This document shows positions 7,786 through 18,647 of a stretch of 64,000 bases of DNA, piece by piece. Source of the DNA: an uncultured virus (IMG/VR IMGVR_UViG_3300021185_001360) (lineage: Duplodnaviria; Heunggongvirae; Uroviricota; Caudoviricetes); the IMG/VR virus record IMGVR_UViG_3300021185_001360; one strand, given 5' to 3'. The translations under genes were made by a program, and so were the position numbers. Every line of letters starts with the position of its first letter. Position 1 is the stretch's first letter. Under the pieces are notes generated by a model. That model did no database searches and was not told the origin of the DNA. It saw nothing but the letters and a program-made list of their open reading frames with translations.

Positions 7786-9312
7786 ATGGGTATCAGTGGT
7801 GCGATTAACCACGATGCCGCTGTATCAATCGTCCATGATGGCGAGATTTTATTTGCCGGGCATGCCGAACGATACTCTAAAAAGAAAAATGACTCTGATT
7901 TAAATGATGCATTATTAAATGATGCTATTAATTATGGCGGTAAGCCTGATATAATTGCTTGGTATGAGAAGCCAATGCTTAAAAAATTACGTCAATTACG
8001 TGCAGGTCAATGGCAATTAAGTTTAGATACCAGTGAATTACCGAGTCAATACTTAGAAAAATTCCCACAATTAAAACATATTCCAATTAAATATCAAAAG
8101 CATCATTATACCCATGCCGCAAGTGGTTATTTCACTTCGCCATATGATGAAGCTACGATAGTTGTTATCGATTCAATAGGTGAATTCGAAACACTTACGT
8201 TCTGGAAGGGACGTGGAATGAGATTAGAGAAGGTATATTCTCAGAGTTATCCAAGTTCAATAGGTTTATTTTATTCAGCAATGACACAACGTCTTGGATT
8301 AAAGCCTCAAGAAGATGAATATATTTTAATGGGTATGGCCGCTTATGGTGATCCACACAGATTATATGAAGGCAAAGAATTAATTCAACATATATATGAT
8401 GAGTTTGGTATTCTACATGAGTCTGGGTTAGTTGGTTACGGTATGGAGTCGAGTACTCTAATAAGATTTACAGAGAATTTGCATCGTGGTTGTCGATGGT
8501 TCTTACCTGAATTAAAAGAGGAACAAGACTTATTCGACTTAGCCGCCGCAACGCAATATGTTTATGAAATGATATTATCTGAAATATTAATTAAAGCAAA
8601 ATTAAAATGTCATTCAGAGAATTTAGTTCTGATGGGCGGTTGTGCTTTGAATTGTAGTGCAAATAGTATAATAAAAGATTATTTCAAATCAGTATGGATT
8701 ATGCCTAATCCAGGTGATGCAGGTAGTTGTATCGGTGTCACTCAAAAATATTCACGTGAAAGAATTAAATGGAACAGCCCATATCTTGGACATGACATAC
8801 CTGGAGAGTATCCTGTCGAAGATGTTTACAATGCATTAATCAAAGGTTCAATTTGTGGCATTGCATCGGGTCGTGCAGAGTTCGGTCCACGTGCATTAGG
8901 CAATAGAACATTAACAGCAGACCCACGTGGTGATGATATTAAAGATAGAATGAATGAGATTAAACGTAGACAGAAGTTTAGACCATTTGCTCCTATGATA
9001 TTAGAAGAATATGTCGATGAATACTTTGACGGTCCTTCGGGTCCTTACATGCAATTTATTGCAAAGTGTAAGCATCCAAAAGACTTCCCAGCAATTATTC
9101 ACAAAGACGGTACTTCACGTGTGCAAACAGTTAACAAAGAACAACATGCAGGCCTACATGAATTATTAACACGATTTCATGATAAAACTGGTTGTCCTAT
9201 GTTAGTTAATACATCACTCAATATCAAGGGTATGCCAATCGTCAATGATGTTAAAGATGCAACAGATTTTGCTAACTTTTATCAAACTTTGGTCTTTACA
9301 AGCAAGACGTAA
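7786..9312 (+). CDS. Carbamoyltransferase (NodU/CmcH/TobZ family)
   Basis: GIS...HDAA, AERYSKKKND, HHYTHAAS, MGMAAYG, GGCALN, EFGPRALGNR, FRPFAP, NTSLN; start uncertain (7747 or 7786). Confidence 0.93.
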   Translation: MGISGAINHDAAVSIVHDGEILFAGHAERYSKKKNDSDLNDALLNDAINYGGKPDIIAWYEKPMLKKLRQLRAGQWQLSLDTSELPSQYLEKFPQLKHIPIKYQKHHYTHAASGYFTSPYDEATIVVIDSIGEFETLTFWKGRGMRLEKVYSQSYPSSIGLFYSAMTQRLGLKPQEDEYILMGMAAYGDPHRLYEGKELIQHIYDEFGILHESGLVGYGMESSTLIRFTENLHRGCRWFLPELKEEQDLFDLAAATQYVYEMILSEILIKAKLKCHSENLVLMGGCALNCSANSIIKDYFKSVWIMPNPGDAGSCIGVTQKYSRERIKWNSPYLGHDIPGEYPVEDVYNALIKGSICGIASGRAEFGPRALGNRTLTADPRGDDIKDRMNEIKRRQKFRPFAPMILEEYVDEYFDGPSGPYMQFIAKCKHPKDFPAIIHKDGTSRVQTVNKEQHAGLHELLTRFHDKTGCPMLVNTSLNIKGMPIVNDVKDATDFANFYQTLVFTSKT

Positions 9313-9323
9313 TCTGCTATAAT
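9295..9323 (+). promoter_or_regulatory. sigma70-type promoter
   Basis: TTTACA-17nt-TATAAT with extended -10 TG, upstream of 9350. Confidence 0.6.
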
Positions 9324-9349
9324 AATAGTATGAACATGACAGGACAACA

Positions 9350-12300
9350 ATGGCTTACGATGGATTCTTTCTAACCTATAAGAACGATAGAGAAACCAAT
9401 GAACGATATGATAAGATACAGAAAAAGTATCCTAACTTTCGTATGGTTAAAATCAATTTAGAAGATTGGAATGACCCTAAGATAACGTCAGCAATCAAGA
9501 AAATTGGTAGTGTCGCTAACACTAAACACTTCTGGGTTATTGATCCAGATGTTGAAGTTGATTTATCTTTTGATTATGATTTTCAGACTAATGAATGGGA
9601 TGAAGATATCATTCACGTATGGAATGCAGAAGAAAGAAATGTATGGCGTTCAGTTGTTGGTGTCAAATTATTTAAGACAAGCGAAGTTCTTAAGCAGTCC
9701 GAAGCATATATCAAAGATGCTTATTATTTGACTGGCGAGTTCAAATCGCATGACTCAAATAATGTTGTGTATAAGCCTACTACAGAAACATATGACATAT
9801 TTTATTGGGAGAAAGACTTTGGAGTCGATAACCTCAATAAATTACGTGAACGTTTTCCTGAAATTAAGACAGTAACTGGCGAAACTAATATCGATGTGCA
9901 TAGCAAGTGCAGAGAATTAGCCCGCACAGATTTTTATTATTTAATTCATCCAAACACAGAAGTATTTGATACATTTAAATTCGATTATTCTTTTGCATTT
10001 GGACTTGATAAAGAAAAACAAAAGGTTGTTGTCTGGCAAAAGCAAAATCCAATGACTAATTTGACACGTGAATATCATGGACTAGGATTATTCCCTAAAG
10101 AAGGACCTATGTTCAAGGAACGTGAGTATGAAATATTTAATTTCAGAAAGAAAGCAGTCTATGAGAAAGATGCTATATGCAAAGACTTAGAGTTTCCGAT
10201 TATCAGAACACGTGACATGCATGATTTGAGTCACAAAGTTGATACGGATATGTACTGGCTAATTCATGAGGATGTCGAAGAATTTACTACTGAATATTAT
10301 CCATTTAGTTATGATAGAGAATTCATTCATAACTTTAGAGTCATGTCTGGTAATAATGAAGTGCGTAATGGCATCCGTCTCGTCCCTAATAAACCCGATG
10401 AGGACAAACAAAAAGATATGCCAGATTGTATAGGTACAATCAAGCAAGTACCTATTATATCAGCAAGTACATTACAGGGAGGAATAGATTCAGTTGAAAC
10501 TTTTCCTGCTCTTATTGTTGATCCAGCAGTTGAGTTAGATAGCAATTATTCATTCTATCCTGACTTGTATGATTTGGCAACTGCTCATGCATTAGGTAAA
10601 GGTGTAGTATTCGTTGCAGGTGATTATGATGAATACAATATGCAGTTTTATGAAGATGCGGCAGAGATATCACATGTTCCTGACTATGATATATATTTCT
10701 GGGATCGTGGGTTTGGTAATAATAACTTTACTGAATTACAGCAACGTTTCCCACGTATTCAATCAATGAATACAGAAACATTAACAGAGTTGCATGAACA
10801 TGCACAGAAGAATTCTACATATAACTATTACTACGTTATCACAAGTGATACGACCGTAACCGATTTTAACTTTGATTATGAGTTTGATTTTTCTTTAACA
10901 GAGGCAAGCCGTCAGCAAATTGTTGTATGGCAGAAAACAGACTATAAGAATAATGTACTTGAATATCAAGGCGTAGGCTTATTCAGAAAAGATTTTAATC
11001 TATTCACTGAAAATAAGTATCAGCGTTTTGATTTTAGACGCAAAGCATTATATATTCCTTCAGAAGTTATTAAGCCGGTTGAATATGATTTAGTTCGCAC
11101 AGATAATCTAATGGATTTATCGCAAATTAAATCATGTGATACTGAAATGGTTTGGTTAGTAAGTAATGATGTTGATGATTTTGTCACTGATTATTATCCT
11201 ATGAGTTATGACAAAGATAATATTCATAACTTTAAAGTCACTATCGGTACTACAGAAGTTCGTAATGGAATTAGATTAGTTCCAAGAAATTACGATGAAG
11301 AAAAGCAGAAAGATGTTGACAAAGTACTTGGTACTTTGAAACGTATTCCTGTAATTCATTCAAGCACATTAAAAGGTGGGCTCTCACGTATTGAAACATA
11401 TCCTACTATTATAGTGGATCCAGCAATAGAATCTAAATTTAATTTAGAACATACATTTGGTTGGTATCCTGATTTATATGACATGGTATCTGCCCATGTC
11501 CTAAGTAAGGGGTTAATTTATATTGCATCCGAATACGATGAATATAATATTAAAGAGCATGAATTAGACATGACATATATTCCAGACTATGATATATTTT
11601 TCTGGGATAAAGGTTGGGGTGAAAGCAATTTCAAAGAATTGCAAGATAAATTTGAACACAGAATTAAAAAACTATCTGGCAATGCCTTAGAAGTTCACGA
11701 ACAAGCAAGAGAACAAAGTAAATATAATTATTATTATATTATTACACCAGATACTGCAATATGGGATTTTAAATTCGATTATGAGTTTGAATTTTCTATG
11801 ACAGAAGAAGCTAGACAGCAAATAGTTGTTTGGCAACGAACAAATAAAGATGGCACACCTAGAGAATACTATGGGTTAGGATTATTCAGAAAAGATATTA
11901 ATTTATTCACAGAAAGTCAATATGAAAAGTTTAACTTTAAACGTAAAGCTATCTATGAAACTGATGAACAAGTTCGTGATGTAGAATTTCCTATTATTAA
12001 AACGACTAATCTATTAGATTTAAATTACGAAGTCGATACAGCAATGTACTGGTTAGTACACGAAGATGTAAAAGATTTTGACTGTAGTTATTATCCTATG
12101 TTATATGATAGTGACGCAATTCATAACTTTAAAGTTAATACATCAACTGGTATGCCTGTGCGTAACGGTATAAGACTTGTACCTCGTAATCCTAACGAAG
12201 AAAAACAAAAAGATGTAGATTTAATCGTAGGTACATTAAAAGAAATAGAAATAGTAGAAGCAAGAACACTAGAAGAAGCAGTGGAACTTGCAAATAATTA

Positions 12301-13918
12301 TACTTTCTGGATGGTCAATCCTGACTTAAAACTTATTAATCCAATGATAGATGATTATTATCCTGACTTATATAATTTAGGTCCAAGTCATATTTGGAAA
12401 CAACGTTCAAGAAAAGGCAAAGATTTAGGTCATGGCGGACTAGCATTTAGTAATAAAGATTATCATTCAGAAAATGTTAATCTACATGATGAGTATGGTA
12501 TGAGAGTGCCGGACAAACATAATATTAAAAAGTATTTCACACGTGATCCTTTCAAAGCGTATAAGCAATCAAAAGGTAGGGTGTTTTATTGGGTAATAGA
12601 TACCGCGGTAGAGTTATTAGATACATTTGAATTTGATTACTATCCTGATATCTTTTCTATTGAAAATGTGTTTGCATTTAAAAGCGAAGAAGGAAAAGAA
12701 GCTGGAGTATATCTAGTTCATAGACCTCATCTTGAAAAATTTAATCCAAGTGAAGAAGACTTCTCATTCGATAGATTTAAAAATATTATCCGAGTTGATG
12801 AGATAGCAAGTAGAGTTGTAGGACATCCTGCATTCTATTTTGATGAAGGTATGTACAAAGAACATGCCAAGTATTTTAATGAACATACGAATATCGATGT
12901 AATTGATGCAAGTAAAGGACTTGATAAAGCATATATGAAAGCCGCAGGTATGACCAAATCGGGTTACTTCTGGGCTATCAATAATGATGTAGAATTAACA
13001 GAAGATTTCAGTAGAACATATTATGTAGACAGGCATCACAAGTCACACTTTCATGTATGGCCAAAAGAAAATCCCTACACTGGTTACGTTCATCAATATG
13101 GTGGACTAAGCCTTATACCCACTGCCGCTCTAAAAGAGTTGAAGCCCGATGATGACAAACTTAGAAAAATGAATTTCAAGAATAAGAAACCAGTTAAGTC
13201 TAAGAAAGCGTCTTCAAAAGATATTGCCTTTGATGTAGTGTTTCTTTCCTATCGTGAAAAAGAAGCAGAAGAAAATTATGCTAAATTACTTTCACGTGTA
13301 CCAAATGCAAAACGAGTTCACGGAGTTAAAGGTATCTTTAATGCTCATAAACGTGCGGCTGAAATTGCAGATACTAAAATGTTTTATGTACTGGATGCTG
13401 ATGCGATAATTACAGATGAATTCGAATTCGAATATTTCCCGACAGTATGGGACGAAGATGCAGTTCATGTTTGGAAGTCTAAAAATCCTATTAATGGATT
13501 GATATATGGTTTCGGTGGACTAAAACTATTCCCAACACAATTAGTGCGTGATGCAAAAGATTGGAACATTGACTTTACAACGTCAATTTCAGATAAATTT
13601 AAACCAATGCCAGTTGTTGCAAACTACACAGCATTTAATACCAATCCATATGACACATGGAAGTCTGCATTCAGAGAATGTACTAAATTAAGTTCAAGCA
13701 TTATTCACAATCGTAAAGAGGGTGATGATAATGAAAGACTTAATATTTGGTGTACGGTTGCTGATGAGAATGTTCCCTATGGTAAGTATTCAATAGCAGG
13801 TGCAAACGCAGGCAGAAAGTTTGGAAGTGAAAATGCGGGCAACCCAGAAAAATTAGGACTAATCAATGACTATGATTGGTTGACTAAACAATTTAAACAG
13901 GACTTTAACGATGAGTAA
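9350..13918 (+). CDS. 1522-aa tandem-repeat glycosyltransferase-like (GT-A-like) protein
   Basis: C-terminal domain VFLSY.E.AEENY..RVHGVKGIFNAH..FYVLDAD (DxD); degenerate copies upstream including three ~300-aa repeats. Confidence 0.65.
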   Translation: MAYDGFFLTYKNDRETNERYDKIQKKYPNFRMVKINLEDWNDPKITSAIKKIGSVANTKHFWVIDPDVEVDLSFDYDFQTNEWDEDIIHVWNAEERNVWRSVVGVKLFKTSEVLKQSEAYIKDAYYLTGEFKSHDSNNVVYKPTTETYDIFYWEKDFGVDNLNKLRERFPEIKTVTGETNIDVHSKCRELARTDFYYLIHPNTEVFDTFKFDYSFAFGLDKEKQKVVVWQKQNPMTNLTREYHGLGLFPKEGPMFKEREYEIFNFRKKAVYEKDAICKDLEFPIIRTRDMHDLSHKVDTDMYWLIHEDVEEFTTEYYPFSYDREFIHNFRVMSGNNEVRNGIRLVPNKPDEDKQKDMPDCIGTIKQVPIISASTLQGGIDSVETFPALIVDPAVELDSNYSFYPDLYDLATAHALGKGVVFVAGDYDEYNMQFYEDAAEISHVPDYDIYFWDRGFGNNNFTELQQRFPRIQSMNTETLTELHEHAQKNSTYNYYYVITSDTTVTDFNFDYEFDFSLTEASRQQIVVWQKTDYKNNVLEYQGVGLFRKDFNLFTENKYQRFDFRRKALYIPSEVIKPVEYDLVRTDNLMDLSQIKSCDTEMVWLVSNDVDDFVTDYYPMSYDKDNIHNFKVTIGTTEVRNGIRLVPRNYDEEKQKDVDKVLGTLKRIPVIHSSTLKGGLSRIETYPTIIVDPAIESKFNLEHTFGWYPDLYDMVSAHVLSKGLIYIASEYDEYNIKEHELDMTYIPDYDIFFWDKGWGESNFKELQDKFEHRIKKLSGNALEVHEQAREQSKYNYYYIITPDTAIWDFKFDYEFEFSMTEEARQQIVVWQRTNKDGTPREYYGLGLFRKDINLFTESQYEKFNFKRKAIYETDEQVRDVEFPIIKTTNLLDLNYEVDTAMYWLVHEDVKDFDCSYYPMLYDSDAIHNFKVNTSTGMPVRNGIRLVPRNPNEEKQKDVDLIVGTLKEIEIVEARTLEEAVELANNYTFWMVNPDLKLINPMIDDYYPDLYNLGPSHIWKQRSRKGKDLGHGGLAFSNKDYHSENVNLHDEYGMRVPDKHNIKKYFTRDPFKAYKQSKGRVFYWVIDTAVELLDTFEFDYYPDIFSIENVFAFKSEEGKEAGVYLVHRPHLEKFNPSEEDFSFDRFKNIIRVDEIASRVVGHPAFYFDEGMYKEHAKYFNEHTNIDVIDASKGLDKAYMKAAGMTKSGYFWAINNDVELTEDFSRTYYVDRHHKSHFHVWPKENPYTGYVHQYGGLSLIPTAALKELKPDDDKLRKMNFKNKKPVKSKKASSKDIAFDVVFLSYREKEAEENYAKLLSRVPNAKRVHGVKGIFNAHKRAAEIADTKMFYVLDADAIITDEFEFEYFPTVWDEDAVHVWKSKNPINGLIYGFGGLKLFPTQLVRDAKDWNIDFTTSISDKFKPMPVVANYTAFNTNPYDTWKSAFRECTKLSSSIIHNRKEGDDNERLNIWCTVADENVPYGKYSIAGANAGRKFGSENAGNPEKLGLINDYDWLTKQFKQDFNDE

Positions 13919-14855
13919 AATACAAGAAAGACGGAAGGCCAGATTTGATAAAAGTAAAATAACAAAGTCAGACGACCTTTATGATAGCAAAGACCCATCA
14001 GTGGATATTAGTTCAGAAGTAGTACAAGATATACCTGAAAGCGAAGCTATTAAAATAACATCTACACCTGGAAAACGTAGAAAGATTAAACGAGATATAC
14101 TTGCAAAAGATTATGATTATCAAACTATGGCAGTCGATTATTCAAAAGAAAACGTCAGCCAGCAATTATATAATTATAGATGTGCAATGGAGTTTTTAGC
14201 ACATGTCAAGTTAACGGATAATGATGCAATCGTAGATAGATTTAAAGATATGATTTATAGTTATCCGAATGTAGATATCAGTTCGTTTGCTAATAAAGAA
14301 AATGCACAGTTGTATAGTTGGATTATACAGCAAATGATTTATGTATATGGTCAGAAATACATTGGCGTAGTATATCTACTAGGTGGTGGTATAGGCCTAT
14401 TGGCTTCTATGCTATTAGATACGAAGATGCGTTTTGAAAATATTCGTTCATTTGATATCAATGGTACTGGCCAATTCTTGGCAGATGAATTACATAAGAA
14501 AGAATTACTACAAGACTGGAGGTTCAAAGCAAACACTCAGGATTTATTTGATATTAATTACATTGAAAATGAATTTCAAACACGTTTGCAGAGTGGAAAA
14601 CTTTCAGCACCTTACAAAGAGATACCAGGTACTATTATTAATTGTAGTGTTAGTCATTTAACTAATTTCCAGGATTGGTATGAAATGATTCCAGATACAA
14701 AAAGAGTAATAGTAGTTGGTGAAACTGGTGATGTGCCAAGGCCGTTTCCAAGTTCACAAAATTTCAACTTAAGATTTCCGATGTCATTTGAACAATACAG
14801 CGGAGTGATTACAGTTGGAGATAAACAATTCTTTATGAAAATGGGGCTTAAGTAA
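13911..14855 (+). CDS. Class I SAM methyltransferase-like protein (degenerate paralog of the next gene)
   Basis: LLGGGIGLL, IRSFDIN, IINCSVSHL. Confidence 0.55.
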   Translation: MSKIQERRKARFDKSKITKSDDLYDSKDPSVDISSEVVQDIPESEAIKITSTPGKRRKIKRDILAKDYDYQTMAVDYSKENVSQQLYNYRCAMEFLAHVKLTDNDAIVDRFKDMIYSYPNVDISSFANKENAQLYSWIIQQMIYVYGQKYIGVVYLLGGGIGLLASMLLDTKMRFENIRSFDINGTGQFLADELHKKELLQDWRFKANTQDLFDINYIENEFQTRLQSGKLSAPYKEIPGTIINCSVSHLTNFQDWYEMIPDTKRVIVVGETGDVPRPFPSSQNFNLRFPMSFEQYSGVITVGDKQFFMKMGLK

Positions 14856-16267
14856 TGAAGCCATATGAAATTGCAGATAGACTAAATCTACTTTATGGGA
14901 ATAGTAGACCGATGCTATCTGAGTTAGAAAGAATTGTCAATACTGAGGAACTCAGTAGCGTGTTTACTTTATCTTCTTACTTCTTAGGTAAGAAACATAG
15001 AGCAAACATGAATGCTCTAATGAATCTTGTTTATGAGAGACAAGTTTGTGATAACACATTCGTCCTGTTCAAAGTGTTAGACAAAATATCTCAAGACAAA
15101 GATTCATTGGATGCATTACGTAACTTCATGGCATGTGAAACTATTGATAGAAAATCAATGTATCTTGTTTTCAGAGTTTTAAATGGGATGTACCCAAATG
15201 AAACAGATGCCTTGGACGATTTAAAAAATATCGTTTGTGCCGAAGATGGCGAGTTTGATAGAGATTTAATATTCTTATTGTTTAATATATTAGAGAAATT
15301 AATCGATGATGAGGAAGGGTTAGGTGCATTAAAAAATGTATGTGGTAATCATAACTTTATTAAATCACAAACTGAATTATTATTCAGAGTAATAATGAAT
15401 ATTGAATATCCTGATGATGAAATATTTAGTGCATTAAAAAATATTATTGCAGTTGATACAGACCCAGACTTATTTTTATTGTTCAAAGTTATTCAAGGGT
15501 TCGATGAATCAAATGAAGAAATTTCACAAGTTAAAAGTGCAACAATATTTAAGACAAAGATATTTGAATTAGCACATACCATCACTGAGGGAAAGTATAC
15601 TATTCCTATGAACATGAAAAAGATGATTAATCGTTTTGAAGGCGATGCATTAACTGATGCATTCAGTAGAGGGCAATTACAATCTAAATTATGGTTAACA
15701 GATATAGTAAATAATTATGAAATTGATTTGGGTAAAACAATATATACATGTGCAGGATGGTATGGTGTTCTACCAGCGTTGCTATTTGAACGTTGCAAGA
15801 TTGAAGGAAATATATACAGTTTTGATATAGATCCAAGTACGGACAATCCAGCAGACACACTTAATAAAGAATATATCATTGACCAAATGAAATTCAAAGC
15901 ATTTGTTAAAGATGTCGCAGACTTAAAATTCTCAGAAGAAACACTACCGATAAAACATTATAAATACAGTGATGCAGTAAAGTTCGAAGTTATGGATACG
16001 ACACATACAATTGGACAACCAACATGTGTTATCAATACTAGTTGTGAGCATATTGCAGAATTTGATAAATGGTGGAATGCTATTCCAAAAGGAACGCTAG
16101 TGATATTACAAAATAATGATTTTATTGAACATGATGACGAAACTGTTGTTAATACTAAAACAGATGTTGATAGTTGGGCTAAAGAACTAAACATGTCAAA
16201 AGAATTATTCAGAGGAACATTAGCATTAGAGTATTATAACCGTTATATGATTATCGGAGAGAAATAA
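14855..16267 (+). CDS. Class I SAM methyltransferase-like protein with N-terminal helical repeats
   Basis: SKLWL, AGWYG, YSFDIDP, INTSCEH, RYMIIG; repeated AL(K/R)N...L(L/V)F units. Confidence 0.65.
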   Translation: MKPYEIADRLNLLYGNSRPMLSELERIVNTEELSSVFTLSSYFLGKKHRANMNALMNLVYERQVCDNTFVLFKVLDKISQDKDSLDALRNFMACETIDRKSMYLVFRVLNGMYPNETDALDDLKNIVCAEDGEFDRDLIFLLFNILEKLIDDEEGLGALKNVCGNHNFIKSQTELLFRVIMNIEYPDDEIFSALKNIIAVDTDPDLFLLFKVIQGFDESNEEISQVKSATIFKTKIFELAHTITEGKYTIPMNMKKMINRFEGDALTDAFSRGQLQSKLWLTDIVNNYEIDLGKTIYTCAGWYGVLPALLFERCKIEGNIYSFDIDPSTDNPADTLNKEYIIDQMKFKAFVKDVADLKFSEETLPIKHYKYSDAVKFEVMDTTHTIGQPTCVINTSCEHIAEFDKWWNAIPKGTLVILQNNDFIEHDDETVVNTKTDVDSWAKELNMSKELFRGTLALEYYNRYMIIGEK

Positions 16268-17575
16268 GTGAAAAATGCTCGGGTCAGAGACTACATAAAC
16301 AAAGAAAAGGTAGAAGCAAGGCAAGCCTTGAAGAAATTGCTAATGGAACACCAAGATGGCAAGAGCGACACTAGTAATTTTTGTGCGGCTCCATTTGCTC
16401 ATATGTATGTTCACAGTAATGAAGGCCAACGAGTTTGTTGTATGTCTGGTGAAAATAGTTTAGTAACAGATGACTTAGATTTAGATTTAGAAAAACGTTG
16501 GGGCAATGATTACTACCAAGAGTTTAGAAAACGATTTCTACGTAATGAGAGACCTAGTACTTGTGCGAAGTGTTATGACATAGAAGATGCAGGTGGCAGA
16601 AGCGATAGAATGAATTTCAATGCTATGTATAATCCAAAGATTCAACCAAATGTTGAAACAGGAAATCAATACAATGCTCCTTTGGATTTAGATATTAGAC
16701 CAGGCAATTTATGTAATCTAAAATGTCGTATGTGTGGACCTATATCAAGTTCACAGATGGAGAAAGAAATAAAAGATAATAGAGTAATACTGAAACCAAT
16801 GTTAGGTGATGGTATTATAAGAAAATCAAATGTGTTAGAGAATGAATACAATATTGAGTTCTTGTTACAAGCGGCTGATAAAGGAGAGAGAATTAAGTTC
16901 CTAGGTGGTGAGCCAACAATTATGCCAGAAGTAGATAAATTTTTAGATATTCTTATTGATAAAGAATACTTTGATGTTCCAATACATTTTACAACAAACT
17001 GTACGAATAATAATAAAAGGTTCTTAGATAAATTATCTAAGTTCTCAAGGATATCATTTAATTATAGTATCGACGGTATAGGCAAAGTAGTAGAATATAT
17101 TAGAACACCAGTGAAGTTCTCAACAATAAATAAAACTATAAAGATATATCACAATATTGCACGTGGAGATAAATTAAAATCACGTAAAAACGTATCAGAA
17201 ATAAGTTTTACGTTGCAAGCCTACAATCTATTTAATTTATATGATACAGTCGTGTGGGCAAAAGAATTAGGGGTCACAGTTAGACCAGAAGTTTTAAGAG
17301 TTCCTGAATGGGATTCGATACGAAGCATTCCTCTTAGTATAAGAATACCATACTTAGAAGAATTGATTGAGAGATTTAATAAATGGGATGACGTATATGC
17401 TGAACGAGTTATGCCTGCATTGATTTATGCCCAGTCAGACGATAAAGAATATTCTCCATTGCATCTTGCAAGAGCAACTAAAAGATTTGATAAAGTTAGA
17501 GAACAGCATATCAAAGATTTTGTACCAGAAGTTTGGGAAGTTATTAAAAAGGATTATAATGATTTACAGTTATGA
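16268..17575 (+). CDS. Radical SAM protein with N-terminal Twitch/SPASM-like domain
   Basis: FCAAPF..VCC..CAKC; CNLKCRMC; GGEP; SIDG. Confidence 0.9.
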   Translation: MKNARVRDYINKEKVEARQALKKLLMEHQDGKSDTSNFCAAPFAHMYVHSNEGQRVCCMSGENSLVTDDLDLDLEKRWGNDYYQEFRKRFLRNERPSTCAKCYDIEDAGGRSDRMNFNAMYNPKIQPNVETGNQYNAPLDLDIRPGNLCNLKCRMCGPISSSQMEKEIKDNRVILKPMLGDGIIRKSNVLENEYNIEFLLQAADKGERIKFLGGEPTIMPEVDKFLDILIDKEYFDVPIHFTTNCTNNNKRFLDKLSKFSRISFNYSIDGIGKVVEYIRTPVKFSTINKTIKIYHNIARGDKLKSRKNVSEISFTLQAYNLFNLYDTVVWAKELGVTVRPEVLRVPEWDSIRSIPLSIRIPYLEELIERFNKWDDVYAERVMPALIYAQSDDKEYSPLHLARATKRFDKVREQHIKDFVPEVWEVIKKDYNDLQL

Positions 17576-18647
17576 TGATGTAAGAGTAATACACTTGGAA
17601 ATTACTGAGAAGTGCCAAGCGGCATGTCCTATGTGTGATAGAAATATACACGGTGGGGCTGATAATCCTAACCTTGGACTACATGAATTAACATTAAAAG
17701 ATATCAGAAAGATGATGCCTCCAGAGTTTGTGAAGCAGTTAGATAGAATTTATATGTGTGGCAACTTTGGAGATCCAATTGTTGCAAAAGAAACACTGGA
17801 AGTATTTCAATACTTTCGTTCATGCAAGAAAGAACTTACTCTTGGTATGAATACAAATGCCGGAGCGAAGAAGCCAGAGTGGTGGAGAGAGTTAGCCAAG
17901 ACATTGGGTAACTGGAGTTATGTTAAGTTTTCATTTGATGGATTGGGTGACACTAATCATTTATATAGACAGAATGTTAATTGGGATATAGCGTGGGAAA
18001 ATGCAGTAGCATTTATCGAAGCAGGTGGCAAAGCACATTGGGATTATTTAATCTTTGAACACAACGAACATCAGGTAGAAGAGGCAAGAGCATTAGCAGA
18101 GAAGACAGGGTTTAAGAAGTTTATTCCTAAAAAGACCGGACGTTTCTTTTCAACGATGAAACAAGTTGGCAAAGATGAACACCAAGCTATGAATAGAAAA
18201 GGCGGAACAACGCAGTTACTACAGAAACCTAAGGAAGTTAAGTATCAAAATAAAGCACTAGAAAAGATTGAAGTGCTTAAAAAAGAACATGGGTCATTAG
18301 AAAACTATTTCGATAATGTAGAAATAAGTTGCAAAGTAGCCGCAGAGAAAAGCATATATGTTAGTGCAGAGGGTTTAATTTTGCCCTGTTGTTGGGTAGC
18401 AGGCAGTATGTATAAATGGTGGCAGAAGCCTGGCGAGAACCAAGTATGGGAATTGATACAACAATCAGGCGGCAAAGATGAGTTCAATGCAAAGGAACAT
18501 GGAGTCAAACAGGTATTGGGCAATGAATACTTTTCTAAAAGACTTGTTGATAGTTGGGGTAAACCAAATACACATGCAGGTAAACCAATGGTATGTTCAC
18601 AAAAATGTGGAAAACAGTTTGATGCATTTGCGGAGCAGTTTAAATAA
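17559..18647 (+). CDS. Radical SAM protein with C-terminal Cys-rich domain
   Basis: CQAACPMC, GNFGDP, PCC...CSQKC; likely start MIYSYDD at 17559. Confidence 0.9.
   Translation: MIYSYDDVRVIHLEITEKCQAACPMCDRNIHGGADNPNLGLHELTLKDIRKMMPPEFVKQLDRIYMCGNFGDPIVAKETLEVFQYFRSCKKELTLGMNTNAGAKKPEWWRELAKTLGNWSYVKFSFDGLGDTNHLYRQNVNWDIAWENAVAFIEAGGKAHWDYLIFEHNEHQVEEARALAEKTGFKKFIPKKTGRFFSTMKQVGKDEHQAMNRKGGTTQLLQKPKEVKYQNKALEKIEVLKKEHGSLENYFDNVEISCKVAAEKSIYVSAEGLILPCCWVAGSMYKWWQKPGENQVWELIQQSGGKDEFNAKEHGVKQVLGNEYFSKRLVDSWGKPNTHAGKPMVCSQKCGKQFDAFAEQFK

Noticed and set aside
17427..17558. Long N-terminal extensions in the track (also 27340, 31584, 54728, 58273, 63413)
   Set aside because: Most overlap the upstream gene extensively; downstream ATGs with coupling, RBS or promoter spacing fit better.
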